Assembly (NCBI GenBank): GCA_963664825.1
Contig: OY761614.1
Span: 1,344,001 to 1,408,000 of the forward strand
Reading direction: 5' to 3'
Source: an uncultured Holophaga sp.
GTDB lineage: Bacteria; Acidobacteriota; Holophagae; Holophagales; Holophagaceae
DNA: 64,000 bases
Shown here: positions 61,882-64,000 of the stretch, in pieces
How positions within the stretch are numbered: the first letter of the stretch is position 1
Layout of the letters: each line of letters begins with the position of its first letter
Notes under the pieces: generated by a model
The model's input: only the letters and a program-made list of their open reading frames with translations
Told to the model about the DNA's origin: nothing
Databases searched by the model: none
Program-made: the position numbers and the translations under genes

Positions 61882-62190
61882 TCAGTGGCGGTCGCCGCGG
61901 TCGCGGAAACTGTAGACGGTTTCCCCTGGCCGGGCGTAGCCCTGTCGGCGGGCGAGTGCCTCGAAGAGTTCCGGATCCTTGGCCGCGAGGCGGCGCACTT
62001 CATCGGCCAGCTCACGGTTGTGTCTGGCCTTCTGGAGCAGATCTTCCTTGAAGGCCCGAAGCTCCCCCTGCCGCTGGTGAAGAGCAGGGAGGCCATCCGG
62101 CGCAAACAAGAGGATGCCCGTAGAGACCAGTGCAGAAATGACCAGGGCACCCCAAAGAGTGCGCGAACGAAGAAGCCAGGCGGCGTTCAC
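61882..62190 (-). CDS. ftsB: Septum formation initiator (FtsB/DivIC family)
   Basis: One TM, coiled coil, EALARRQGYARPGE; conserved eno-ftsB order. Confidence 0.85.
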   Translation of the reverse strand: MNAAWLLRSRTLWGALVISALVSTGILLFAPDGLPALHQRQGELRAFKEDLLQKARHNRELADEVRRLAAKDPELFEALARRQGYARPGETVYSFRDRGDRH

Positions 62191-62194
62191 GGCC

Positions 62195-64000
<1,806 letters not shown>

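Overview
GC-rich bacterial chromosome segment, mostly core genes. Gene content (split atp operon, Oar-type TonB receptor, Hanks kinase with beta-propeller, citrate lyase) suggests an anaerobic Acidobacteriota member, possibly Holophagae; this is inference only. Left to right: vapBC toxin-antitoxin pair (toxin cut by the edge); two inverted Uma2 paralogues flanking a TPR gene; a divergent Opp-like ABC trio; ABC exporter; hydrolase; lone GspE/PilB ATPase; 11-subunit complex I operon (nuoABCDHIJKLMN, no nuoEFG); atpZ/I/B/E; a TIGR04552-like protein with RelA/SpoT-type motifs coupled to a STAS protein and a frameshifted REC-PP2C gene; rmlACDB with glycosyltransferases; a sigma54-type icd-aconitase-citCDEFX operon with its activator; pdp; TonB receptor; LytS/LytTR; marC; acyltransferase; Ser/Thr kinase; folC, parB, parA, dapF, ftsB, eno; histone H1-like repeat protein (cut by the edge). 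The least explained signals are: (1) short hairpin-rich inserts that duplicate a gene-start junction and form a mini-ORF leading into the downstream gene (16123-16245, 53874-54096); (2) a family of ~115 bp palindromic elements with tandem-heptamer arms; (3) a structured leader and a likely CTG start in the citrate operon; (4) the alarmone-synthetase-like/STAS/PP2C module behind the Fo genes. No rRNA, tRNA, CRISPR array or transposase was recognised. All calls are by eye, without database searches.
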